A stretch of DNA of 64,000 nt. Origin: an uncultured Bacteroidota bacterium (lineage in GTDB: Bacteria > Bacteroidota > Bacteroidia > 2-12-FULL-35-15). Each line of letters starts with the position of its first letter. Positions within the stretch are counted from its first letter, which is position 1. The notes beneath the pieces are model-generated. The model did no database searches and was not told where the DNA came from. It was given only the letters and a program-made list of their open reading frames with translations. Below are positions 9,607 through 18,660 of this stretch, in pieces. The position numbers and the translations under genes are program-made. The DNA is taken from NCBI GenBank assembly GCA_903919535.1, contig CAIXIP010000008.1, positions 952-64,951 of the forward strand, in the 5' to 3' direction.

Positions 9607-9607
9607 A

Positions 9608-11020
9608 ATGCAACACTACAAAATTTATGTTGGTGGTGATTTTGTTGAAACGCAAAACATATTAAATGTTGTTGATCCATTTACTCAACAAATAATTGCA
9701 ACAACCTATTTGGGTGGTTCGGAAGAATTAGAACTAGCAATCAAAAAGGCCGAATCAATTAAAGAAGAGTTTAAAAATTTATCTTCTTACAAGCGTTATG
9801 ATATTTTAATGCAGATTGCTTTTGAAATAAAAAAAGATCGTGATCGTCTGGCAACAATCCTTTGCAATGAATCCGCGAAGCCAATGCGTTACGCCTTAGG
9901 GGAGATTGATAGAGCAGTACAAACTTTTATTGTTGCTGCGGAAGAAAGCAAACGTTTACCGAAAGAATATATTTCACTCGACTGGACAGCAGCAGGAGAA
10001 GGCAAAGAAGGCATCGTTAAATATTTTCCCGTTGGTTTGATTGCAGGGATAGCACCGTTTAATTTCCCAATGAATTTAGCTGTACATAAAATTGCGCCTG
10101 CTATAGCAGCAGGTTGTCCCATCATATTGAAACCTGCTTCTTCAACGCCACTTTCTACGTTAGAATTGGCAAAAATAATTGATAGAACGGAACTTCCAAA
10201 AGGAGCTGTTTCTATTATTCCAATGAACAGAACTGCCGGAAATCAATTGGTAACTGATGAACGTTTTAAGTTGTTATCATTCACAGGTTCGCCAGTTGTT
10301 GGTTGGGAAATGAAGCGTAATGCAGGGAAAAAGAAAGTTGTGTTGGAGCTCGGTGGCAATGCAGCTGTGGTAATAACCCCTAGTGCAAACATCGAAAAAG
10401 TAACGGTAAAATGTGTTGCAGGAGGTTTTGCTTATAGCGGACAAGTATGTATTCATGCACAGCGTTTTTATGTTCATGAAAGTATTTTTGAAAAATTTAC
10501 GTTTCAATTTATTGAGGCAACGAAGAAATTAAAACAGGGAAACCCTGAAGAACTTAGTACTGATATATCCTCCATGATAGATGAAGAAAATGCAAAACGT
10601 GTGGAAGCTTTGATCAATGAGGCAATCCAACAAGGCGCTGAAATTTTGTTTGGAGGAAAACGTATTGGAACATTTGTTGAACCAACTATCATTACTAAAA
10701 CGACCAAAGCAATGAAGGTATGCTGTGAAGAGGTTTTTGGACCTGTTGTTATTATTGAAAAATATAGCAATTTCAAAGAGGCTGTTAATTTAGTAAACGA
10801 CTCAGATTTTGGTTTGCAAGCAGGCGTTTTTACGAATGAAATTTCTGAAAGTGAATACGCATTCAATAACATTGAAGTAGGTGGAATAGTAATTAACGAT
10901 GTTCCAACTTTTCGTGTTGACCATATGCCTTATGGCGGGATTAAAGATTCGGGCTTAGGCCGCGAAGGTGTGAAATATGCCATAATGGATATGATGGAAG
11001 CAAAGGTTTTGGTCAAATAA
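9608..11020 (+). CDS. NAD(P)-dependent aldehyde dehydrogenase
   Basis: ELGGNA and catalytic-Cys GQVC motifs; GxxxG NAD-binding. ATG at 9608 lies 2 nt after the HMA stop. The track's 9584 start would overlap the upstream gene. Confidence 0.88.
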   Translation: MQHYKIYVGGDFVETQNILNVVDPFTQQIIATTYLGGSEELELAIKKAESIKEEFKNLSSYKRYDILMQIAFEIKKDRDRLATILCNESAKPMRYALGEIDRAVQTFIVAAEESKRLPKEYISLDWTAAGEGKEGIVKYFPVGLIAGIAPFNFPMNLAVHKIAPAIAAGCPIILKPASSTPLSTLELAKIIDRTELPKGAVSIIPMNRTAGNQLVTDERFKLLSFTGSPVVGWEMKRNAGKKKVVLELGGNAAVVITPSANIEKVTVKCVAGGFAYSGQVCIHAQRFYVHESIFEKFTFQFIEATKKLKQGNPEELSTDISSMIDEENAKRVEALINEAIQQGAEILFGGKRIGTFVEPTIITKTTKAMKVCCEEVFGPVVIIEKYSNFKEAVNLVNDSDFGLQAGVFTNEISESEYAFNNIEVGGIVINDVPTFRVDHMPYGGIKDSGLGREGVKYAIMDMMEAKVLVK

Positions 11021-11032
11021 TCAAGTTAATCT

Positions 11033-12115
11033 CTACAGTAATTCTTTTATTTTTTCTTCTGCCTTTTTAGAATAAAAACCTTTTTCATTTTCAATTTCGA
11101 GCAACAAATTTTTTGCAATTTGTTGCTCACCAGTTTTCAGTTTTAATAAAGCTAAATTCCATTTTGCTTCTTGATAAAATGCATTGTTTTGGTTTTGCAA
11201 AACGTGTTCTAAATAGTTGATCGCAGAATTGTATTTTCCATTTTGAGAAAGCGATAAAGCACCATAGAATAAAGCGTTAATGTCATTAGGATTGTTTTCG
11301 AGTAACAATTGAAATGATGAAATGGCCTTAGAGTATTTTCCTTTATTGAAATATTCCAGTCCTTGCTTTAATACTCTATTGGCTGCAATACTATGTGTTT
11401 CTTCCTTTTCAACTAAATTGTTTGAGCTTCCTTTGTTTTCTTTGTAGGATGGTGTGTGTCCCTTAAAAACAAATGCTTGAGGGGTATGATTAAAATATAG
11501 ATTATTATAGTCAGTCACTTTTAAATCATAAATATATATTACATCAGAATTATAGTTGGTTTGTAAAACATTATCGTTATTGCTGAAAGATGATTCTATA
11601 TAGTTGGAAGGAATGCGTTCTATTTCTTTAATAGGTATTAAAGTATTTTCAATTAAAATTCTTTGTGATGTCTTATTTTTTCTAACCGTTTTTTTAATTA
11701 CAAGAACTTTTTTCACGGTAGTAGGGTTGATCGACTCACGCTTAGAAGAAATCAGGCTAATTGGTTTAGCATTTTCTGTAAATACAGATTTTGTTTTGTT
11801 TTCAGAAAAAATATCAACCCATTTATAAAAACCTAAAATAGAGATTAGTGAAACAAAAGCAATTGCGATATACTTAAAAGTAATTGGTTTTGCGTGAGAG
11901 GCATTTGTTTTTACATCAATTTTATGATGAATATTAGCTAAGTCTTCAAATGAAAAAGGCAAAACGGAAAAGCCATTTACTGCGCTCGCACACAATTCAC
12001 AAGAAGAAATATGCATGTATAATTGTTCGTGTTCTAACTTGTTAATTTTATGTGACGAATAAGCCTGAAGTTGTTCGAAGCTAAGACAACTGGTAAAAAT
12101 TGTATCTGTTTTCAT
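11033..12115 (-). CDS. Anti-sigma factor: zf-HC2-like N-terminus, single TM, periplasmic TPR domain
   Basis: HISSCELCASAVNG (HxxxCxxC). TM segment IAIAFVSLISILGFY. C-terminal TPR-like repeats. Lies immediately downstream of an ECF sigma gene. Confidence 0.6.
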   Translation of the reverse strand: MKTDTIFTSCLSFEQLQAYSSHKINKLEHEQLYMHISSCELCASAVNGFSVLPFSFEDLANIHHKIDVKTNASHAKPITFKYIAIAFVSLISILGFYKWVDIFSENKTKSVFTENAKPISLISSKRESINPTTVKKVLVIKKTVRKNKTSQRILIENTLIPIKEIERIPSNYIESSFSNNDNVLQTNYNSDVIYIYDLKVTDYNNLYFNHTPQAFVFKGHTPSYKENKGSSNNLVEKEETHSIAANRVLKQGLEYFNKGKYSKAISSFQLLLENNPNDINALFYGALSLSQNGKYNSAINYLEHVLQNQNNAFYQEAKWNLALLKLKTGEQQIAKNLLLEIENEKGFYSKKAEEKIKELL

Positions 12116-12142
12116 GGGGATTGGTTTTATTTCATCAAGCTA

Positions 12143-12718
12143 CTATTGACGATTTTCTAATATCAATAATTTTAAATTTCGTTTTCCATTTTGAATATAA
12201 CTTTTCACTTCATTCACGGAATAGCCTGTTATTTCAACTATTTGAGTGTAACTCATGTTTTTAAAGTAAAATAATTCAATGCATTTTTTTTGAAAAGGGT
12301 TTAGATTATTTAGTGCACTTTCTAACTTTTCAAAACTGCTTTCTTTTTCTTTTGCATCATCCGCATCAATCACAAACACTTGCTGCTTTAACTCATAATG
12401 GTATTCTTCATTACGATTTGCTTGTGTGTTTAATTTTCTTATTTCAGAAATACAATAATTTCTTACTACAAATGTGAGCCAAGCTTTAAAGTTCTCTACC
12501 TCACGTTTTTTTAATTCCTCAAATAGTTTTTCGAAAATTTGAAGCACAATGTCTTTTGCATCGTCTTTGTCCTTAAAGTAATTTAGACACATACCAAAAA
12601 CCAAATGGGCATAACGCTTATAAAGCTCACCAACCAATTGCTTGTCATGTGTTGTTTTGTATAAAAGCACTAAGTCCTTATCGCTTAGCTGACCTATGTT
12701 TGTGTTTGAAAAACTCAT
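12143..12718 (-). CDS. ECF-type RNA polymerase sigma-70 factor
   Basis: Region 2 (DIVLQIFEKLF, FKAWLTFVVRNYCISEIRK) and region 4 (LNPFQKKCIELFYFKNMSYTQIVEITGYSVNEVKSYIQNGKRNLK). Confidence 0.85.
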   Translation of the reverse strand: MSFSNTNIGQLSDKDLVLLYKTTHDKQLVGELYKRYAHLVFGMCLNYFKDKDDAKDIVLQIFEKLFEELKKREVENFKAWLTFVVRNYCISEIRKLNTQANRNEEYHYELKQQVFVIDADDAKEKESSFEKLESALNNLNPFQKKCIELFYFKNMSYTQIVEITGYSVNEVKSYIQNGKRNLKLLILENRQ

Positions 12719-12982
12719 AACCCGATTATTTTAGAATTTCCCGGAATCGGTTCTTGACCAATAGACGTTTGCTATTATCAGATTCCATAAACTTTTACTT
12801 TAGAGACAGGATTTTGTTTTTGAGAATGAGTAAGCGGCAGGTTTTTTAAAATAAGCGGTTTTAAATTTATTATATATCGATAATCGAAAAGTATTTATGG
12901 AAATAGATTTTTGATCACGTCTTAATGCCAAACGAGAATGATCGCGAACTCGAATAATATTAATCTTAAAAACTATAAAAAA

Positions 12983-13762
12983 ATGAAAACAATTAAACTA
13001 ATTTTAGCTATCACAGCTTTCGCAATTGCGGGCAAGATGAATGCACAGGAAACTGGTATCATAAGAGGAACATTGAAAAATGACAAAGGAGAAAACATGA
13101 TTTTTGTTCCTGTTGCTTTAATGGAAGATTCAACTATTGTTGCTGGAATCCAAACAAATGAGCAAGGTGATTTTACTTTTAAACAACTTACTCCGGGAGT
13201 TTATAATCTAAAATTTTCGTATACAGGTTATGCTACCTTATTGGTTGAGGGAGTTGAAGCAATAGCCAATCAAACTTCTTATGTTTATAGAAACATGAAA
13301 ACAAAAGTTGAGACACTAGGAATAGTTGAAGTTATTTCAGATAAATGGGAAAAACCAATTATTGATTCCAGATTTTCAGATCTTACTACAATATCGATTG
13401 AACAAATCGAAAATAGCGCAGTTGGAAAAAGTGATATCGTTTCATTAATGATTAGTGTTACTCCGGGAATACAACCAACAGAAGATGGAAAAGATATTTA
13501 TATGAGAGGTTCGCGCCAGGGAAGCACTGGTTATTATGTTGATGGAAATCGCACAATGGGTGTTCCTGAAGTGCCGGGACAAGGCATTGCAAGTATGGAA
13601 GTGTTAACTGGTGGTGTTCCTGCGGAATATGGAGATTGCACCGGGGGCTTGGTAATTATTACAACAAAAGAATACAAATGGGAAATGCGAAAAAAGGAAA
13701 TGCAAAGGCGTGACCGAGCAGAAAGGGAATCAAAAAAAACTGTTTCAACAAAAAATGATTGA
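12983..13762 (+). CDS. Carboxypeptidase-regulatory-like domain plus TonB-receptor plug domain protein with no beta-barrel
   Basis: Signal peptide. IRGTLKND...GDFTF...PGVYNLKFSYTGY (CarbopepD_reg-like). DIYMRGSRQGSTGYYVDGNR...VLTGGVPAEYGD (plug). Ends at 260 aa. Start taken at the second Met (MKTIKL). Confidence 0.55.
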   Translation: MKTIKLILAITAFAIAGKMNAQETGIIRGTLKNDKGENMIFVPVALMEDSTIVAGIQTNEQGDFTFKQLTPGVYNLKFSYTGYATLLVEGVEAIANQTSYVYRNMKTKVETLGIVEVISDKWEKPIIDSRFSDLTTISIEQIENSAVGKSDIVSLMISVTPGIQPTEDGKDIYMRGSRQGSTGYYVDGNRTMGVPEVPGQGIASMEVLTGGVPAEYGDCTGGLVIITTKEYKWEMRKKEMQRRDRAERESKKTVSTKND

Positions 13763-13800
13763 ACAGAAATAATAGTAATAGAGCTTTAAATTTTTAATGC

Positions 13801-13860
13801 TGGACTTGATTAGGGATCTTAATGAAAGGGATACCTAAATTAAGTCCATCATTTTTTTAT
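13801..13860 (+). terminator. Possible rho-independent terminator
   Basis: Imperfect long hairpin ggacttgatt...aattaagtcc followed by a T7 run. Confidence 0.3.
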
Positions 13861-13873
13861 TCTATTTCAAGAT

Positions 13874-14491
13874 CTATTTCTTTTCTTTAATTACAAACAA
13901 ATTAAATCCTAACCCGAAGGTAATCCTGAATTCTTGCAGTGACATAGGTTTAGGTGCATCGGATAAATGTTGCCCGTAAACATATCGAGTTTCTAAAAAC
14001 AGATGAGCAAATCGTTGAAAATAATAGTTGAACCCTAAACCAGCTGTTGCCAAAGGCGAAATTACCGGTTTATAATAAATGTTTTTTGTGTTGTCGGGAG
14101 AAAGTGTTGAATAACGTGCATTGTAAGATGATGTATATGCAAAGCCAGGTTGAAGAATAAAATATGGGTCGAAATGATTGTTGGTGTGAAAGTGGTAAGC
14201 CGCTCCTAACATAACAGAATGATTATCTTTTAGTCCCATCGAATCGGTTGTTAAGCCATTACTTCCCAGCATGTAATTACAATCTCCACGAACAGAAATT
14301 TTATTGTCTAAATAATATTCCAGATTTCCATTTACATGAACACAGTTAATATTATCCTTCAATAAAACTCCGGCAACAATAGAAGCATCAGCACGCACTA
14401 AGTGTTTATGAATAAATTGCTCCTCCTCTTGTTGCGCAAATCCGGCAACGGATAAACAAGCCAATATTAGAATAAAAAGTTTTCTTAACAT
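13874..14491 (-). CDS. Small outer-membrane beta-barrel (porin-family/OmpW-like) protein
   Basis: Signal peptide MLRKLFILILACLSVAGFAQ. ~205 aa with alternating hydrophobic beta-strands and aromatic girdle residues. Confidence 0.45.
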   Translation of the reverse strand: MLRKLFILILACLSVAGFAQQEEEQFIHKHLVRADASIVAGVLLKDNINCVHVNGNLEYYLDNKISVRGDCNYMLGSNGLTTDSMGLKDNHSVMLGAAYHFHTNNHFDPYFILQPGFAYTSSYNARYSTLSPDNTKNIYYKPVISPLATAGLGFNYYFQRFAHLFLETRYVYGQHLSDAPKPMSLQEFRITFGLGFNLFVIKEKK

Positions 14492-14534
14492 GATTAAAAT
14501 AGTTTAAAATAAAGTATACTTTATATGATGATTT

Positions 14535-15176
14535 TTATTTTTTCTTTAGCTGATCCCACATATCGAACAAGCGCACATTTAAACTTAGATTTATAAGCAA
14601 ATGCCCTTCAATACCTCTGATTTTTTCCTTTTCAATAAATAAATCTTTGTTTCCATCGATTTCGAAAACAGTTGCACGTACATCATAACCAAGGTGCATC
14701 ATGTACTGCGCGGTAAGTGAAACATCCACTCTGTCGGTAATATTATAATGGGCTCCTATTCCCGCTTGCACAGCGCTACTCCATTTGTCTTTATAGAAAG
14801 GGCTATTATTTTTTGAAACTTTGGTATAATCAAAACAGTGTCCGGCTAAAATATAAGGAGTCAATTTTCCTTTTGTTGTTTCACAATTAAATGGATATGC
14901 AACAACAGACCAGCCGATGTGCTCATCAACTCTTCGGGCGATACCTCCAATATCAGTTGTAATGTAATCAGCAAACCAATCGGTATTCATACGTTTACTT
15001 ATTCGTATCCTGAACTGACCACCGTAACCAAATCCATGCGCACCATCATCACTGAAGGCGCTAACTGTATTGCGTACGCCTAATTGGAAATATCCGCTTT
15101 CGGGATCCAATTTTCTTTTTTCCTGAGCCATTCCAACTATAGGGATCAGCAAAAGGAATAGCATTCGAGTTTTCAT
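14535..15176 (-). CDS. Small outer-membrane beta-barrel protein, same size class as the preceding gene
   Basis: Signal peptide MKTRMLFLLLIPIVGMAQE. 213 aa with beta-strand periodicity. Confidence 0.4.
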   Translation of the reverse strand: MKTRMLFLLLIPIVGMAQEKRKLDPESGYFQLGVRNTVSAFSDDGAHGFGYGGQFRIRISKRMNTDWFADYITTDIGGIARRVDEHIGWSVVAYPFNCETTKGKLTPYILAGHCFDYTKVSKNNSPFYKDKWSSAVQAGIGAHYNITDRVDVSLTAQYMMHLGYDVRATVFEIDGNKDLFIEKEKIRGIEGHLLINLSLNVRLFDMWDQLKKK

Positions 15177-15325
15177 AAGAAAAATATTGTTTATGTATGT
15201 AGAACTGAATATTACTTTGAAATATTGTGTAATAAGCTATCAATAATCATTAAATATTCAACAAATATATCGATTTCAGTGTGTTGTGAAATAGTAATAA
15301 CGAAAAGAAAAATAAATTAATGGAA

Positions 15326-16000
15326 TTATTTTTTCTTTTTTTGTGAAGATAAAGTGGTGGGATTGGGTTCCTTTTTCCATTCAAAAGTCTCAATCATGTG
15401 ATAAATATCTTTTTGAATAAATTTTAGAACGGGCGCGATGGAGTCTGTGTTAGGGACAGCATTAAAGTATAATGCGCCACGCAAAAAATGTTTTGTGCTG
15501 TCTGTTAAAAAAAACTGAAAGGAAGAAGCGGCATTTCCTTCGATCTCGTATATCAAACCATAAACTTTACTTGAATCTTTTGCAATTGCTTGCTGTGAAA
15601 TCCCAGAAGCCTTTATTTGATGCTTTGACGCATATTGATAGGTTTCTTCCAGATTTTCTTTTAGATCACCATTTAGCTCTTTATACGTTAAATTTAAAGT
15701 GCCGTTAAAAGTTGGAAAATTTAAGTTCAACCAAGATGTTTCTGCATTAAAACTTTTACCTTTTTCCATTTTTGAGTAGACAGGAATTTCAAATGTAAAA
15801 GGAAAAATAGAGTCGTACTTTACATATTTTTTTTCAGGAAATGTTAATCGAAAATATGCTCTTGGCTTGGGTGCAATTGTATCGTCATCATCGCCACCAC
15901 AAGAAACAAATAATACACAAGACAAAAGTATCAAGAAGGAAGCTGTAATCACCTTTCTTAATAGCTGATAGCTAATACTTAATGTTTTATTCTTCTTCAT
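15326..16000 (-). CDS. gldD: Gliding-motility lipoprotein GldD-like
   Basis: Lipoprotein signal (LLSCVLFVSC). ~220 aa. Overlaps by 14 nt the CBS/CorC gene upstream, as in the Flavobacterium johnsoniae ssb-gldE-gldD arrangement. Confidence 0.5.
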   Translation of the reverse strand: MKKNKTLSISYQLLRKVITASFLILLSCVLFVSCGGDDDDTIAPKPRAYFRLTFPEKKYVKYDSIFPFTFEIPVYSKMEKGKSFNAETSWLNLNFPTFNGTLNLTYKELNGDLKENLEETYQYASKHQIKASGISQQAIAKDSSKVYGLIYEIEGNAASSFQFFLTDSTKHFLRGALYFNAVPNTDSIAPVLKFIQKDIYHMIETFEWKKEPNPTTLSSQKKKK

Positions 16001-17333
16001 TTCTGTTAATAGTTATTTTAACTCTTTTTATTCTGCGATTATCTGCGGATTCAATTATAAAGAGCAAATTTTTAAAATTTATTTTGTCATTTTTTGAAGG
16101 AATTCTGCCTTCTATTTCAATTAAAAAACCTGCTAATGTATCTGCTTCACCTTTTGCATCCTCGAAATCACTTCCATCAATTTGTAAAATTCTATATACA
16201 TCATTTAACGCAGCTTTACCTTCAAAAACAAAATTGTCTTCATCTAGTTTTGAATAAACCAGATCATCATCATCAAACTCATCATTTATTTCACCAACAA
16301 TCTCTTCGATTACGTCCTCCAAAGTTACGATGCCCGAAGTGCCTCCATATTCATCTACAACAATAGCAAGGTGGGTTTTTTTATTCTGAAACTCTCGTAA
16401 CAAGTCATCAATTTTTTTATTCTCAGGAACAAAAAATGGTGGGCGAATAATTTTATGCCAGTCGAAATTATCTTGCTCATCTAAATATTGAAGAAGATCT
16501 TTTGCATAAAGCACTCCTGCAATATTATCAATTGTTCCTTTATAAATTGGAATACGGGAAAATCCACAGGAAACAATATCCGAAAGCAATTTTTTGTATC
16601 CAGTTTCAAATTCAAATGCAGTAAAATCCATACGTGATTTCATGATTTGTTTTACATCGGTTGCGCCAAATTTTACAATGCCTTTAAGTATTTTATGGTC
16701 TTCTTCCGGAATATCATCTTCAGATGTAAGGTCTAGGGCTTGAGATAATTCATCAACAGAAATGTTGTGTGATTTAGGTTTAATTAATTTATCGAGTAGT
16801 GATGTCGAATAAACTAATGCTGAACTAACCGGAGAAAATAATTTTTGTAAAAATCTCACAAAATATACTAGAACTCTTGTTGAATTTAATGGGTTTTGAG
16901 TCGCATAAATTTTAGGTATCACTTCACCTACTAGTAAAATCAGAAATGTTACAATCACTACCTGAATTAAAAATCCCATCAAACGATTTTGAGAAAAATC
17001 GAATAGTTCTTCCATCACAAATGTTGAAAGGATAACAATAGCAATATTAATAAAATTGATACTAATTAATACAGTTGCCAACAAACGTTTTGGGGCAGCT
17101 ATTAAAGCCAGGATCTTTTCATCTGTTTTGGTTCCTGATGTTTTCAGGTTTTCCATATCTGTGGGAGTAAGCGAAAAAAATGCTGATTCGGCTGCAGAAA
17201 CAAATGCAACAATGATCAACAATACAAGCATGGAAATTATTGCAAATAAAACACTCAGAGAAAAAGATTTTACGATAATGCTTATTAGCAATGAAGTATG
17301 CGATAATAAATGTAAGCTACTCGGGACGTCCAA
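15987..17333 (-). CDS. gldE: GldE-like CNNM/CorC-HlyC family protein (DUF21 TM domain, CBS pair, CorC_HlyC)
   Basis: 448 aa. 4-TM DUF21 N-terminus, two CBS motifs, C-terminal transporter-associated domain. Flanked by ssb and a gldD-like lipoprotein gene. Confidence 0.6.
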   Translation of the reverse strand: MDVPSSLHLLSHTSLLISIIVKSFSLSVLFAIISMLVLLIIVAFVSAAESAFFSLTPTDMENLKTSGTKTDEKILALIAAPKRLLATVLISINFINIAIVILSTFVMEELFDFSQNRLMGFLIQVVIVTFLILLVGEVIPKIYATQNPLNSTRVLVYFVRFLQKLFSPVSSALVYSTSLLDKLIKPKSHNISVDELSQALDLTSEDDIPEEDHKILKGIVKFGATDVKQIMKSRMDFTAFEFETGYKKLLSDIVSCGFSRIPIYKGTIDNIAGVLYAKDLLQYLDEQDNFDWHKIIRPPFFVPENKKIDDLLREFQNKKTHLAIVVDEYGGTSGIVTLEDVIEEIVGEINDEFDDDDLVYSKLDEDNFVFEGKAALNDVYRILQIDGSDFEDAKGEADTLAGFLIEIEGRIPSKNDKINFKNLLFIIESADNRRIKRVKITINRNEEE

Positions 17334-17418
17334 AATGTTGGTTATTAGTTAAAAAATAATGTTTGAAACAAAGATATTGCTTTGCTTCGAACATTGCATT
17401 ATAATTTCATTTGTATGA

Positions 17419-17826
17419 TCAGAAGGGTAGGTCATCTCCGGTTTTGTGCCCAGAAATCGCTGAGTCTTCTGTTCCTGTTGATGATTGAGGGTTTTCTTTT
17501 TTACTTAAAATGGTAAATGTATCGCCAACAATTTCTGTTGTATATCTTTTATGACCTTCTTTATCATCCCATGAACGTGTGCGTAATTTGCCTTCGATAT
17601 AAATTGTCATTCCTTTTTTAAGATATTTTTCTGCTATTTCAGCCAAGCCTCTCCAAACAACAATGTTATGCCATTCTGTTTGTTCATTGCGCTGTCCTGT
17701 CTTGTCTTTGTATGATTCAGTTGTCGCTAAAGGGAAGTTTGCAACTACTGCACCTCCTTCTAAATGTCGAACTTCAGGGTCTTTCCCTAAATTTCCTACT
17801 AAAATAACTTTGTTAACGCCTGCCAT
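17419..17826 (-). CDS. ssb: Single-stranded DNA-binding protein
   Basis: [19 protein letters not shown]... OB fold. Acidic tail ending DDLPF. Start taken at the internal Met. Confidence 0.9.
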   Translation of the reverse strand: MAGVNKVILVGNLGKDPEVRHLEGGAVVANFPLATTESYKDKTGQRNEQTEWHNIVVWRGLAEIAEKYLKKGMTIYIEGKLRTRSWDDKEGHKRYTTEIVGDTFTILSKKENPQSSTGTEDSAISGHKTGDDLPF

Positions 17827-17903
17827 AAAAATAATTTTAAGTTTAATAATAACAAATATAATAATACAAGAGGATATACTTCTTCCAATCAAAAGAATAT
17901 TTA

Positions 17904-17911
17904 TAATTTTG
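17904..17911 (+). promoter_or_regulatory. Bacteroidetes -7 box (TAATTTTG)
   Basis: TAnnTTTG match ~40 nt upstream of the ATG at 17952. Confidence 0.35.
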
Positions 17912-17951
17912 CACTCTCTATAGGTTTAATAACAATTCTAAAAAAAACACA

Positions 17952-18602
17952 TTGAAAAAAATTAGACTACATCTGTTATTTTCTTTTTTCGTTCTGATTT
18001 CAGTTGGTGCAAAAGCACAAAGCGGAAATGAAGAGTCTGAAAACTGTGTTGGTGAAGGCAAATTTATTGTTGATGCTTATTATGGTTATCCTTATGTAAT
18101 GGGCAACTATATAAAAGATTATTATAATAATTATAATAGCGGCTCTTTACAGGATGAAAAAGTTGTAAATTATAATCATGTGGGTGGAAAATTTGAATAC
18201 ATGATAAATGATATTGTGGGTATGGGAGTAGATTATACATATGCGAAAGTAGTTTATACATATACTGATTCATATTACGTTAATGGACAGTCGTTGCCTA
18301 AATACGACAGGTTTACCGAAAGCCTCACTAAGCAAAGGTTTTTACTTAGAGTGAATATACACTTTGCTACTACAAGGGAGTTGGATCCATATGCTACTGC
18401 CGGATTTGGTTATAAACAAACTGTTTTTAAGACAAATAATCCTAATAATTACAATTATGATATGTCTTTTTTTAATGCATTTCCTGTAGCTTTTAGGCTT
18501 GGTGCAGGTCTACGTTGGTTTTTTACAGACAATATTGGTGTTTGTGTTGAAGCAGGAATTGGCGGCCCTGCAATTCAGGGTGGTTTATGTGCAAAATTTT
18601 AA
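17952..18602 (+). CDS. Small outer-membrane beta-barrel protein
   Basis: Signal peptide. 216 aa. Tyr/Gly-rich beta-strands. Confidence 0.45.
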   Translation: MKKIRLHLLFSFFVLISVGAKAQSGNEESENCVGEGKFIVDAYYGYPYVMGNYIKDYYNNYNSGSLQDEKVVNYNHVGGKFEYMINDIVGMGVDYTYAKVVYTYTDSYYVNGQSLPKYDRFTESLTKQRFLLRVNIHFATTRELDPYATAGFGYKQTVFKTNNPNNYNYDMSFFNAFPVAFRLGAGLRWFFTDNIGVCVEAGIGGPAIQGGLCAKF

Positions 18603-18660
18603 ATGAGTTTAAATAATTAGATAGAATACTTTATCTAGGATCAGCAATTATTAAAATTTT

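Noticed and set aside
9584-9607. Upstream extension of the ALDH ORF (MKFTKQVK...)
   Set aside because: It would overlap the HMA gene by 23 nt. ATG 9608 sits 2 nt after the HMA stop and gives a canonical ALDH N-terminus.
9889-10872. Three minus-strand ORFs (78, 76, 122 aa) inside the ALDH gene
   Set aside because: Antisense to a high-confidence CDS. No motifs.
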